Positions 40,580 to 52,683 of a DNA stretch of 64,000 nucleotides are shown in pieces (position 1 is the stretch's first letter; every line of letters begins with the position of its first letter). The notes below the pieces were generated by a model. That model searched no databases. It worked only from the letters and a program-made list of their open reading frames with translations, and was not told the origin of the DNA. A program made the translations under genes and the position numbers. The stretch comes from Camelus ferus. Lineage: Eukaryota. The stretch lies in the NCBI RefSeq assembly GCF_009834535.1, contig NC_045697.1, positions 19,594,001 through 19,658,000 on the forward strand, given 5' to 3'.

Positions 40580-41000
40580 AGCATTTTCTGGAAGCCACTA
40601 ACAAATAGACCCCAAATCTCAGCTGATTAACAAAATAAAGGTTTGCTTCTTGTTTCCATCACAACTTAGGGCAGTGGGGAGGAGGGGTGCACGTGGTTTC
40701 CAGTCACACAGTTATTCACAGTCCAGGGGTCTTCCAACTAGGGGCCCTGCAGTCTTCCAGAGTTTCACAGTCTTCCGGATCCAGGGCACCTAGCTGGCTC
40801 ATGAGCCAAGACAGGTTGGCGGAATTGTGCAGGAATTTTATGGTTAAGTTCTCGAAGAACCACAACACTTCTGTCTATATACCGTTAGCTGAAACTCAAC
40901 CACAAGACTGCATCTTATTGTCAGGAAGCACTGGAAATGTAGTCTAAGCGTCTCTCCTGGAAGAAAAAGACAACTCACATTTGGTAAGAATCGCAGTCAT
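40580..41000 (-). mobile_element. Old MaLR LTR (MLT1J/K/L-like)
   Basis: taacaaatagaccccaaatctcagctgattaacaaaataaagg...ctggaaatgtagtct. Confidence 0.7.
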
Positions 41001-42329
41001 TCAATAATTATTAAACCATACTACTTCTCATAAGCTCACCTTGATATGCTTAATAAATACATATGTGTGTGTATGTGTGTATATATATACATATATATGT
41101 AAAATATATCCATACACATTTGCACACATACATATAAGTACACATTCATATCATATTTCCATTGCTTTGCCTGGCAATTTCAAGCTATTCCGTCAAAAAC
41201 TTACCCTCATACAAACCATTTTTGCACACAAACTTATCCATTTTTTTCATTTCATATTAGAAGTAAACACACTTTATTTAAATTTCACCAGATTGCATTT
41301 ACCGTAGGAAAAGGTAACTCACAGGTTGCACTTACTTTAATTTGCTCAGCAAATTAAGCTACAGTATTCTATAAGGGGATTTATCTTCCACATTACTTAA
41401 AATTCTATTTATTTTAACTCAAGAAATCAACAAAGTATTATTGTACACATTGGTCTCCCTAAACACTAAAGGACAATTAAAAAATACCTGCTGGCCTGAA
41501 CATTTTTGAAATGAGTGATTCTGTGAACATTTCAAAATGCTATCTATATATCAGCAGAAACACATTTCCCTGTCCTGCGAGGTTCCCCGTATGGCAGGTC
41601 ATTTTCACGTTGCATAGAACGTATTTTGACTGTTGCTATTGGATTCACCTTGTTGTGCTGAAAGCCTCATGTGTTTGAGTATAAAAATAATTGAATTTTA
41701 GTGAACTAAAGTACTGACCTTAATTTTTTTTTAGGAAGTTACAGGTATCATGAATAAAACTGCACATACAACAGACTCTTGAAATCTTAAAATTGTAAAG
41801 TTAGTTTAAAAGAGCAGGAAGGAAGTGTAAGCTTTAGAAAAAATATATAATGTTAACTTCCTGATTTGGCTACCAGGTAAGTAAGCTGCACACATGGAAC
41901 TCTTATTTATACTGAATTTCCCCTTTTCTTTCTGTATTTAGAGAGAGAGGAGAGAGGGAGAGGGAGAAAAAGCAATATTCACAAGAGGATAGAAGATAGA
42001 AATATAGAAATCTGGGCCTGTATCATAGCCCAGTGAACTGTCTTCCTCCTCTCTTATGGAAGAAAAGGTCGAATGGATGAATATACAGTTAACTTTTCCC
42101 CTGGGAGCGACTCTATTTACTCATCCCTTATGATGATCTAACCCTGGGAATGAGTGCGGATGCCGCTGTTACAATCAGTCCCAATATTTTTCAAGTCTAA
42201 GAGACATCAGGCCAATACCTGAAACTTAGTAGGGTAAGTCATGTTATTATGCCCTGATTTGATATAGCTGGTCAATTTGATTGTGGCTGAAATAAATGCA
42301 CTTTGTGTGTTCATTTATTTGAATGACCT

Positions 42330-42537
42330 AATGTTTCTCAACCAGGGATTTTTTTTCCTCCCCCAGGGGAAATTTCTGGAGACATTTGTGGTTGCTAAGA
42401 CTGGAGGGGGTTGCTTCTGGAGTCTATTGGGTTGAGGCCAGGGATACAGTTCATCATCCTACAATACACAGGACAGTTCTTCACACCAAAGAATTACCTG
42501 ACCCCCAATGTATATATGCCAAGGTTGAAAAACCTTG
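42330..42537 (+). mobile_element. MER20 hAT-Charlie MITE
   Basis: tttctcaaccaggg...tctggagacattt...gaggccagggat...catcctacaatacacaggacag...gccaaggttgaaaaacc. Confidence 0.9.
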
Positions 42538-42587
42538 ACTTACAACTATAGTCATTCATATACATAATATAGAAAAGAGTTCCTATT

Positions 42588-42875
42588 TTTTTTAAATTCA
42601 ATCATTTTATTTTAGGTCTGTGAAGACATTTTTAAGTATAAATGCAGAAAAAAGCATAAAATAAAAGACTGAAAAATTTCACTAAGTAAAAGTGTAAAAT
42701 ATTCTGAATGTCAAAAAATACTATTATCAAAGTTAAGAAACAAATGAGGGAAAATATGTATACAAGTGACAAAGGTTAATATCTTAATATAGACAGAGCT
42801 TATGGGGATTATTAAAAAAAAGAAACAAAGACAAAACTCTAAGAGAAAAATGAGCCAAGGACCTAAGAGGCATTT
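42588..42875 (-). other. TSD-flanked polyadenylated retro-insertion carrying an old L1 fragment in the opposite orientation
   Basis: 15-bp repeat AAAAGAGT(T/C)CCTATT at 42573-42587 and 42876-42890; polyT plus TTTATT at the left end. Confidence 0.7.
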
Positions 42876-42946
42876 AAAAGAGTCCCTATTCTATGTAAGG
42901 AGGATTAAAAATCAGAGCTGAGTGTCAATTTATCAGCTCCTACTTC

Positions 42947-43400
42947 TGTTGTGAAACAGTTGTGGTTATGCTCTGGAACTGGACCGCATTTCTCCCTTGC
43001 TCTAATCCCTACCACAGAGAACACGTTATCTATCATTTCTCTTTTTTTTGCTTTGTTTATTTTGGACTGTCAATTTCTACACACTCCCTATGCTTGACCC
43101 TCCTGGCACCAGTCCCTCTCACAGGTGCGCTGGTCCCGTATTGTCCTAATTGGATCATTGGCCCTTCCAGGCAGGACAGACATAAATCAGAAGAGTGAAG
43201 CCCCTGCAGGGTGAATGTGCACTCTCATTCCTCCAGTTTTCCTCCCAAAGTTCTCCCAGCTTATTTCATTCCATTGAGCAGCCACAGTCATGGGAGGATT
43301 GGGGAGACATCAGATAGGCCAGATGGCAATGCCTGTTCCCCTAGTTTCAGTTGTCGCTTCCTGCTCTGTTTCCTAGGGCTTCATCACTTGGCTTGACACA
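42947..43400 (-). mobile_element. Possible ancient LTR (Gypsy-like LTR8x/MamGyp type)
   Basis: TG...CA bounded, higher GC, AATAAA on the minus strand at ~43060; family uncertain. Confidence 0.35.
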
Positions 43401-43864
43401 TCTCACCAGGGGCTCTGATTTGATTGGCTTGTAACCTTCAATTCATTTATGAATGATGTACTTGTAACTCAGTATTCGTTCCTATGAACAACCTTGCCTT
43501 GTAAAGTTGGGCAGATTATCAGGCTGGAAGTCTGGTCTGAAACAAAATGGAAGTGTTCTATTTCAAAATTCATGGCTTTCTTTGTGTTATTGAGAGCCTG
43601 GAAAGTATTGGATCGAAAATGATCTTCTCTATTTTAATGTTGTAAAACTGTATATAGGTCAAGTAGTTGATTCAACTAGTTGAAGTCAACACCTATGAAA
43701 TATTCCAGAAGGTAAATTTGAAAAGTGGGGAAGAACATGGATAATTATATTTGTGTCCAAATAATTACATAAACATAACTCATGCTTCTATCTTATAGAA
43801 AGTCACATCCGAAAAGTTACCAGAACCTGAGAATTGGCTTTTCATCTTTGGAGGAGGTAATATA

Positions 43865-44040
43865 TTGAAAGAGGAACAAGATGTGGGCTCTGAAGTCAGA
43901 CAGGGCTGACCTCAAGTCATATCTCTGCCATTACCTTTGCCTCTGTAATCTAGAGAAGGCTATTTAACCTCTCTGAGCTTCAGGCTCTGCATCTGTGACT
44001 CCAGACTCATAGTGTTGCAAGGATTATTACAGGGTTGCAA
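43865..44040 (+). mobile_element. MIR SINE
   Basis: gggctctgaagtcagacag...tatttaacctctctgagcttcag..catctgt. Confidence 0.8.
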
Positions 44041-44553
44041 GGGTTACAGTATACACACACACACATATATATATATGTCTGTAATATATATCTCCTGCTA
44101 TAATATTCATATATACACATATACATGTACATATATATGTACATAATATTTATTTACATGTTTGTACACACACATATATGTATATATATATAAGTAACAA
44201 GCCTTAGCTCAGACTTGATCTTATTTACAGATAAGAATTGGTTAATATTATTCTTCTAACTTGACCCCATAGTTGTATGTGATACATACTACTTTGATAG
44301 CTGAAATATGTCTAAATGCTGAGAATGACCTCAGCTTTAGGAGTTCAGGACCATGTTTCTGGTATAACTCAAGCCAACTGTGAGCTATAAAAATCATATA
44401 GGATCATCCACATAGAATTCCTTTGAAAAGTCTAATTCTTTGTGCTTATGCATTCATATGCACTTGTTTTTGTTATTCCTCACTCCCTCTATCCCTATAT
44501 TGTTTCCCTATTCTTAACAAAATGCCTCTGATTGATTGAAAAAAATTGGGTTT

Positions 44554-44958
44554 TGTTACAGGCTGAATTATACCCTCCAAAATTCATATCTATAAGCCCT
44601 AACCCCAGAAGCTCAAGATGTGGCTGTATTTGGAAGTAGGACTTTTAACAAGGTGATTAAGTTAGAGTGAGGTCTGTAAGGTGGTCCCTAATTTAATCTG
44701 ACTGATGTCCTTATAAGAAAAGAGAACTTGGTCACACAGAGACACTTGGGTTGCATGTACACAGAGAAAGAGCCATATGAGGACACAAGAGACACTGGTT
44801 ATCTGGAAGTTAAAGAGAAAGGTCTCAGAAGAAATGAACCCTGTCTCCACCTTGGTCTTGAACTTCTAGCTTCCAGATCACTGAGAAAATATATTTCTGT
44901 TCTTTAAGCCACCAGTTCTGTGGGGTTTTTTTTATGGCATCCCTACCACACTAATATA
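44554..44958 (+). mobile_element. MaLR LTR MLT1B, full length
   Basis: tgttacaggctgaatt...ctaatata; perfect 5-bp TSD GGTTT at 44549-44553 and 44959-44963. Confidence 0.92.
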
Positions 44959-46134
44959 GGTTTCATGTGCCACTTCAAAATACTACCTTACAGTTTCCAG
45001 AATGGCAGTTAGAAAGTGGTGATTTCTGGTTAGAGTTCTCAGATATAAAATCAGATCTTAAAATTTGAAGAGATTATGACTGACGTCAATTCATATGTTG
45101 CTTTCTCTACATCACTGTTTATTTTCATTGTAGTTTTTCATCACAATCTGAAATTTGATTCTTCCTTGATTTCTGTAACTCCATCACACTAGAATATATG
45201 ATCTTAATGAAGGGAGGGAGTATATAGTTTGTTCAATACTTTATCAGCCACATCAGGAGAGCACCTGGGGTAAAATAAGAGTGCAATAAAAAAAAAAAAC
45301 AGTTGAATTACCAGATGAAATCACAGAGTTTTGAATAATTTATCATCCTAGGTTGGTAGGGATGACATGATTTACTTCATCATGAAGCAGCTAACCATCA
45401 AAAGAAGCAAAACACAATCGCCAGCTGTCATCAATTATTTATGATGGTGGATATTCGACTACGATATTCGGCCTTACATAGACTAGGAAAGATTTTGAAG
45501 GGTTAACAATGGTTGAAATAAGCTTTGATAGTCTTTTAAAATGCAATGTGTTTACCACACACTTGTGAAGTATGATTCAAGGCCGCTGTCTGAAAACCCG
45601 AAAGCACTTTAGAGCTTTTATAAAGATGTCTGAGTTTGGGTAAACACTTCTCTGCAGTCTCCAGAGACATTATTTAACTTAAGTTCCAAGTGAACTTTAG
45701 ACCCAACAAACATCTCTTGCAAAGTGTATTTTAGTTTATTTGAAGTGGGAAGTAAATGAGTGATAAATTTTGTTTATTTTTCAGCCATGAAAGAGATGCA
45801 AGTTCCTAGCATGCTGCTGTTAATTGGCTGGGTGTTCAAAAAATGAATGTTTCAGAAAGTGCTCAATATATCAAAGTGAGACTATTTTTGAGAAGCTGAG
45901 TTTAAAATAGTCCGAGTACATAAATTACTGGTAAAAGCAATTATGAGCTTCTGCTTTTGTCTTCATAAAACAGAAGAATTTTTGTGACAAATTTTGAAAA
46001 ATAATTTGTAAACTTCACAAATCAAATTGTATTTACAAGTGTACATTGTATTCTGTTGTACTGCATAGCTAGCATATATAGTTTAATTATTTTTATTGTA
46101 TTCTCCTTTCTCATTAAATTTTCTGCATAGTATT

Positions 46135-46350
46135 TAAAAGTATAGTTTCAAATTTAGGCAGACTACATCTGCAATCCCAGCTCTGCCATGTGCTAATTGC
46201 ATGATCTTTCTAACCCTCAGCTTTATTATTGGTACATATAATTGGCAATAGTTCACTTTCTTCACGGTTACCCTAAGAAATAAATTGTCTAAGGTATGGA
46301 ATACTCTAAGATGATATTACCTGACACATATTATGTACTCAATACATTTT
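46135..46350 (+). mobile_element. MIR SINE
   Basis: aatcccagctctgccatgtgctaattgcatgatc...cctgacacatattatgtactcaata. Confidence 0.75.
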
Positions 46351-46381
46351 AACTACTTTTATTTTTGTAGGGATTTTATTT

Positions 46382-46384
<3 letters not shown>

Positions 46385-46422
<38 letters not shown>

Positions 46423-46428
46423 TGTGTG
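46385..46428. repeat. (TG)n microsatellite
   Basis: Visible. Confidence 0.95.
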
Positions 46429-48144
46429 TATGAGATGCTTAAAGGCTTAGTCTAGACTTTGGGTAACCCCAGTTCTAATACCAGTCAATTCTAAATTAAT
46501 GTATATATTTGCTTTAAATTCAAGAATTTGATATTTACTCCTCATGAAATGAACACACTATTTTAGGTAATACTTTATAAGTTATTATTTTATTTATAAA
46601 ATATTACATGATCTTTTTCACATCTACTAAGAGAATAGCTTGTCTATATCTGTAATTACCACAACAAAGGTATTAGCTAAATTTTTAAACAAAGGAATTC
46701 TTACTTTATTTTAAATTATAAGACTTTTCAAAATCAGAATCACAGTCTATGCCATAAACAAATCTATCCCCTCCAAACTTTTCTTCCTGCCTTTTTAAGT
46801 TATTATTATTATTTTTTACATTAAGGAAACAACATAAGAACTTCTATTTTTAAGGCTAAGTGAACAGTTTCCTTTTACCTGAAAGTAAGCTATACAATTT
46901 TGTACAGTCTCTTGTAGCAGATTGGGATTTCCAGGAGGCAGATTATGGGGCAGAAATTTACATGGAGCAATGGTATTCAATGTTACTCATGGGATCAACA
47001 ATGGTGGAAAAGGAGTCAATAAAGCAAGATTGGACAGAGGAAGATGTCTGGGCTGTGATGAGTAATAAGAAAGGTTTTCGCCAACTTGTGGGTCTTTATA
47101 GTCCTTATATTGACTGGCGACTGAATGGAGGCTGCCCCAAGAAAGGAGTTTGACCTTGAACAGCGTGACTCTCATCAGATGAGGGCAATCGCCGGGAAGA
47201 TGGCAGCTTCAAGGTGGTACAGCACACTTCTTTTGTTGTAAAGTGGCTTTAATGCAAAATTATTTAGCATCCTGTGTCAGTAGACAAACATTCCTTTAGC
47301 CTTTGAATAGTGGTGCTAGATTAGGCCCTTCTGGGAGGAAAGGCAAAAACCATACCCAGTATATGCATCAGTGCTAATCAAAAAGAGTTGCTGCTCCTTT
47401 CACAGTAGAATGTGTCAAATGGATTTAGTCTTCCACTAAGTGGCTATTTGAACTCCTGCAAGCATAGTGCCATACTGGGGAACTAGCATCAGTCTTGGTT
47501 TTTAGTAGCAGCAGTGATGAGAAGGGACCTGTGTTCTTGGACCCAATCATCCTTGGTAGCAATGATTACCCAGTTCACGGGCCCATTGTGTCAGTACTGA
47601 GGTGGCTGATGGATGAATTCTGCATGATGCCAACTCACCTAGTCAATCTATTTAGATGTAGAGCCCCTCTTCCAGGGTGTATGTTTTCTGTTGGGTGTTG
47701 ACATGTGATGCCAACAGCCTCACATGCATGGCTATTTTCAATATGCCTATTCCACAAATTTCATTGTCCTTCCATCTGAATCCTCCAAGCCCCTTATCCC
47801 TCAGTCAAGCCATTCACCAATGTTCATAAGTCTAAATGCATTCTAAAAGGTGGACATTTCTCTTTCTGTACAAACTGCATGGCCACGTTAACTATTAAAT
47901 ATCTATCCATTGAGAGAATTTCCCCTCACTGTTGTTTTTCAGAGCCACCTCTGAATAAGGCCAAAGGGCAGCCAAGTCCATTTAAAGGTAAGTCACTGAT
48001 AAAACAGTGGTAGGTGACACAGAGGTCCTGTCCACCTGCTCATGCCTTCCCACCTTGCTCATGTGTAATCCTGAATGAATCATGTCTGTAATTATTGCTA
48101 AACACACTTGACATTATAAAGCAGTGGGCCTGGAAAAAGCCAAG

Positions 48145-48520
48145 TGTAATCGTCAGTTTATTCCCTTTGGACTAGGCCAGAGTCCCACAATATTTAATCA
48201 AACACTAACCCAGATGTTGCTTTGGAAATATTTGTAAACATAATTAACATCTATGATCAGTCGACTTTAAGAAAAGGAGATTATCCTAGACTCTGGGTGA
48301 GTTGAACCTAATCTATCCAAGGCTTTAAGAGCATAACTGAGATTTTCTTGAGGTAGAGGAAATTTCCTCTGTAGACCAAAACCTCAGCTCCTGCCTGAAA
48401 GTTTTGAGCTACCCTTCCTTATGGCCTGGCCTAAGGATTTCTGACTTGCCTAGCCAGCCCCCAAAACCAAAAAAGGTAGTTTCTTGCAATAAACATCTCT
48501 CTCTCTCTCTCTCTCTCTCT
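48145..48520 (+). mobile_element. MLT2 (MLT2D-like) ERVL LTR nested in the provirus
   Basis: atttaatcaaacactaacccagatgttgc...cagtcgactttaagaaaaggagattatcct...aataaacatctctctc. Confidence 0.8.
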
Positions 48521-50441
48521 GTTTTTCAAAAGATATGTAATTCTTTGCTACAGATGGCCCCCAGAATTTTAGGAGTCTATGCTGGTGATTATCTCTTTAG
48601 GACTTGCCATTAACTTCCCACCATCTCTTTTCCCAAATGCAGATACCTCCAGTATTACTTTGCTGGGCCATATGGTTATATGGTCATATTAGCATGTACT
48701 ACAGTCTGCAAACACTCCTCCTAAGTGCTACTTAAAGTTGGGAGCTTTTTGTTACCTGATATATGGATCAGAGAGGTATTCCCAGATATGGAATATCCTA
48801 CCTCTAAAACGCAAGGGGTGCAATAGGCATGATAGTTAGTTCTTAGTGGTGGGAGGTACAAAATGCAAAAATTTATCCTTTACATTGGAGAGGATATCCT
48901 GGCATGCCCCAGAACTTCAGACCTGCTCCAGATCTCACTGATAGAATCAGCCTCCAAATATTTATAGAGATCATCTCATATCCTTTGAAGTGTATTTTGT
49001 CTTCCCAGGATTCCAACTTCCTTGCCACTTCTTTACCTGGTCTCATTAAAATGAAGTCATCTATCTGTGGGATTTCCATTCGGTTCAGTTCCCTCTGGAC
49101 TATTTGTTACAGGACAGTAGAGTTATCATATGCCTGTGGCAAGAAAGGTATAAATGAATGTTTTAAATGAATACTTAGAAATATTATTTCTAATCTTCAT
49201 TTTTGATAGGGAGGGAATATATTTGCAAGATCACTGGTCACATACTATATACCTGAGGCTGTGTTAATACGATCTAGCAAAGGTTCTTTATTCCATACAA
49301 CTGAAGTTGGGGTTGCTACATGGTTGAGATGGCAAGGATTAATGCCTTCCTCCAGAATCCCTTTGGAATTTTTTAGAGACATGAATAAAGTGGAGATCTC
49401 ATGAGCAGGCATCACCGCCCCAAGAACAGCACTAACCTCTTCCATTCCAAGACATGATATTGTTTTATTTTTCCATTTTGGCTAAGGGAGTGGTACTTTA
49501 GAAGGCTACCACTTGACCTTCCCACTAAGATAGCTCTTACTTCACAAGTGAAGAAGTCAATATGGGGCCTGCCAACTACCAAAATATCCACTAGAGTTTA
49601 TATTTGGGGACATGATATTGTATTTGGGTAGGAAAATAACTATTAGGTGGGTTTGTGGATAAAGTGGAATCACTGTGAAGCAGACTTGGCTAAGATTCCA
49701 CTTATTGCCTGGCCTCCACAAACCCCTACTCTAACAAAAGGGCTTGATGATGCTCTGGATCCTCAGTTGTCAGTGCCAGTTTGGACCTTGTATAGAACAG
49801 TCTTCAGTATCTTTTGAGCATTCTGCTTTCCCTACTGTATAGTTCCTGAAGTCAGTGGCTATAGGTTCCTTTGAAGAAGGACTGGGGCAAGAATGGCCAC
49901 ATATCCTTGCCATAGTGCCTAAAGGTCTTCTTTCTGGAAACTCTGCAGCTTCAGCACATGGGTTCTGAGTCTTAAAAGTGGCTTGAATTCAGAAATTAGG
50001 CAAGGTGTTGAAACTTTTTATTGGAGTGGCTACTCTTAAGATTCATGATCATCAATCTTTATTTTATTGTTTGCATAGATTAAGAAATATTCTCAATACC
50101 CCTGTTTTGCTCAGAGGGACAGGTACTATTACTCAATTCCATAGCTCTCCGTATTTTAAATGGAAGCACTGCTGGTATAGCAAACTTGTTGGGGATATAA
50201 ATTCAACTTTCTTAACCTTCTTTGAGTTTCCTGGCTTTATAAGATTAGAGTCTTTATATATTGTCAAGGAGGACCTCAGGATTTAGTTGTTCAGTCTTTT
50301 GATTTTTTTCTCTAAATCATCAGTTTCCCTCAAAATAGTTATCCATTTCCTTTGCCTTTATAAATACTATTTTGATGTGCTTAAAAGCCTCATACATTAC
50401 TTCCATTAGTGCATTCCCTTCCAGTACATACCAATTCCTAA

Positions 50442-50963
50442 TGAGGTGGGAAGCCCCATGAAAAAGACGGCAGGACCCCCAGTCAGAGCCACTACTCTCC
50501 TGCCGGAACCATTCGGTTCCCTGGCCCAGGGACATTATCTGGCTTTTTAACTTTGAAACGGCTTCCCTCTAGGAAAGCGGAACTTACCCCTAAGATTCTA
50601 TTGGTTCCCTGAGCTAACTCCTGATTGGTCCATTTGTAGTGCCTCATTTGCATGGAGCTCACTCCTAATCTGTCCATTTCTATCATTCCTGATTGGTCCA
50701 TTTCTACAAAGCTTGTTCCTAATTAGTCACCTTTGTTACAATTATTTACATATCATGTTGTGAAGTACAGACTGGCAGCCTATAAAAGCCTGTGTAAACC
50801 TACAGACAGGGTCCAGAGCTTTGAGTGTTAACTCCTCCGGGCCCGCCTGGCGTAATAAGCCTGAATTCTCCAACCCTCCCAGTGCTGCTTGGTCTATCAC
50901 CGGGATCCAGGTTGCTGTCACGACTGAGCTGTAACATTGATCTGTAACACACTTTGTGCAACA
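50442..50963 (+). mobile_element. ERV1-class solo LTR with perfect 4-bp TSD
   Basis: TGAGG...CAACA termini; TSD CTAA at 50438-50441 and 50964-50967; three ATTGG boxes, ATTTGCAT, TATAAAA at ~50781. Confidence 0.92.
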
Positions 50964-51409
50964 CTAACAGTAAAAGTTTTAAGAAATTTCAGTCGCTGCA
51001 TGCCAAGAGATATCAGTGCTCTGCCTGCTGCTATTAGGTGAGCCAGTCGGCTTCCTTGAACTACTTCTACCTATTGCAGATTGTGTTTTCCAGCCCCTGA
51101 GATTTGTGTACAGGAAGCTTACCCGGTAGTACCCTTGGGATCAATACTGTGTGACAAAGTGAAGGGTACAGGAATGGGCAGAGGGAGACCTTTAAGCTAC
51201 GTTGGAAGCACAGCTATGATGAGCTCCGAGACTGGGTGGGCTCTGAAGAGTTGCCTCTGCTTTGGACATGGGGTGCTGATGAAAAGGGAGGGTTCCCTTT
51301 AAGAAGCTGGCGCTCTTTAACCGCGGGGCAATTGTTGGGAAACAGGAATCACCTGAGAACTCTCAGCAATCAAACGCGCCTACGGCCAGGAAGAGGGATG
51401 CTTAGTTCC

Positions 51410-51576
51410 AAAGCACACACACGTGTAGCTGTGCGTGTCTGCGTTCCTAGGTGCGTGCCTACGTGCGTGCATAGGTGCGTACGTGCGTGCGTCATTGCGT
51501 ATATGCGTGCGTGCCTGGGCCCGGGAGATGAGCTTGGCGTGGAGCGCCCGCTACGTCTGCTTTTCCTTGGGTAAGT
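51410..51576 (+). promoter_or_regulatory. CpG-dense GCGTG/RCGTG array ending in a 5' splice donor: candidate promoter/first exon
   Basis: About 19 CpGs in ~160 bp of an otherwise CpG-poor window; TGG|GTAAGT with the GT at 51571. Confidence 0.5.
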
Positions 51577-52066
51577 CGTGTGATGACAAAGCCCTTTGTT
51601 TTTTCGCTCTGCCTTGTTTTCTTTTCTAAAAGTTAACCTTCCTAGTTACATTAAGACAAGCTAGGTAGTTGTAGAAAGAACCTCGGAGAATTAGAGGAGG
51701 GTAGTTCAGTTTACCTGAGGCTCTGCTCAGCTCTTTGAGGCGGGGGCCTCCGCTCTCAGTTGAGTACATATGGGAGTGTGGATAGAACAGGAGAGGGAAG
51801 GTGAGTTTCTCTCTAGGTTTTATATGGAGCTTTTAAAAATATAATTACATGAAATATTTTATTTGAAACTTTGTGAGTCTCTGGAAGATGGCAGAAGTTG
51901 ATATGTAAATGTAAGTATAGATTCTCATTCCAGAATAAACCAGAAACGCTGCTCTTAGCTCTTGTGTTTCCATTCCTTTCCTTTAGTAATCTACCAGTCT
52001 CTGACTGAACGTAGACTAAGGTGCTTGGCAATGGGGTCGGTAGGACGTTTAAAAATCACTAATAAG

Positions 52067-52683
52067 TGTTACTGGGAAGAGGGAAATAAGAATTACCTCG
52101 GTTCTTAGTCACCCAGAAAAATTTTTTTTTTAACGAGAGACAATAAGCATGATATAAGCAAAGAGTTTTATTAGTAAAGTAAAAAAGAAGTAAAAGATAG
52201 TACACTTCCAAGAATTGGGAGCGGGCCAATCTAAGAGAGGAAAAATGGCACCGCTCCTTTGTTTTTCCATCTTATATCCTGGCTTAGGGGCGTTTTTTTG
52301 TGGTTGATTGATTAATGGCTCAGGTTCTTTGAGTTCTCAGGCTGGTTGACAGCTCAGGTTCCTTGTGCTCTGGCATGCCCTTCTGGGCAGGTTCTTACCC
52401 ATGAAGCACACAGAGAAACCCACCGGAGGGGGCTCAAAATGTAATGTTAATTATATTATAATTAGCACTGGGTAAAGTTACTCTGAGTCCTTCTCTTATG
52501 CGCAGCTGCAGCGTTTTGATTTTAGCTGGCTTCTTTTGCTGGCCCTCATTTAGAAAAAGTAAGTTTCTGGAGTCCCTTATCCTGAGTGCAGACGTACTGT
52601 TATTTTCTGGGTTGTTCCTTTCCTCTCCCCCTCCCCGTCCCTCTCCCCCTGCCCAGTGCTCATTTCTATCTAACTGCCTAACA
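52067..52683 (-). mobile_element. ERV1-class solo LTR, related to 18031-18574
   Basis: Minus strand starts tgttaggcagttagatag (vs tgttagatagttagatag); shares tataattaacatt..ca....agcccc..cc..tgggttt.tctgtgt; AATAAA on the minus strand at ~52170. Confidence 0.85.

Larger units (their letters stand above)
46900..51410 (-). mobile_element. Decayed ERVL (HERV16-like) provirus with two LTR16-like LTRs (~46900-47225 and ~51065-51410)
   Basis: Both ends share gcagatt..ttccag...tgggatcaa...ggNcagagg...gggcaat; the interior has antisense RT-like (~48900-49150) and protease-like (~49770-49850) sequence resembling 2955-4870. Confidence 0.8.

Noticed and set aside
18031..52683. 34-kb inversion by recombination between the two related, oppositely oriented LTRs, both with imperfect TSDs
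   Set aside because: The flanks are not reciprocally swapped (aggt/aaat vs taag/acac), and the host L1 continues collinearly across the 18031 LTR.
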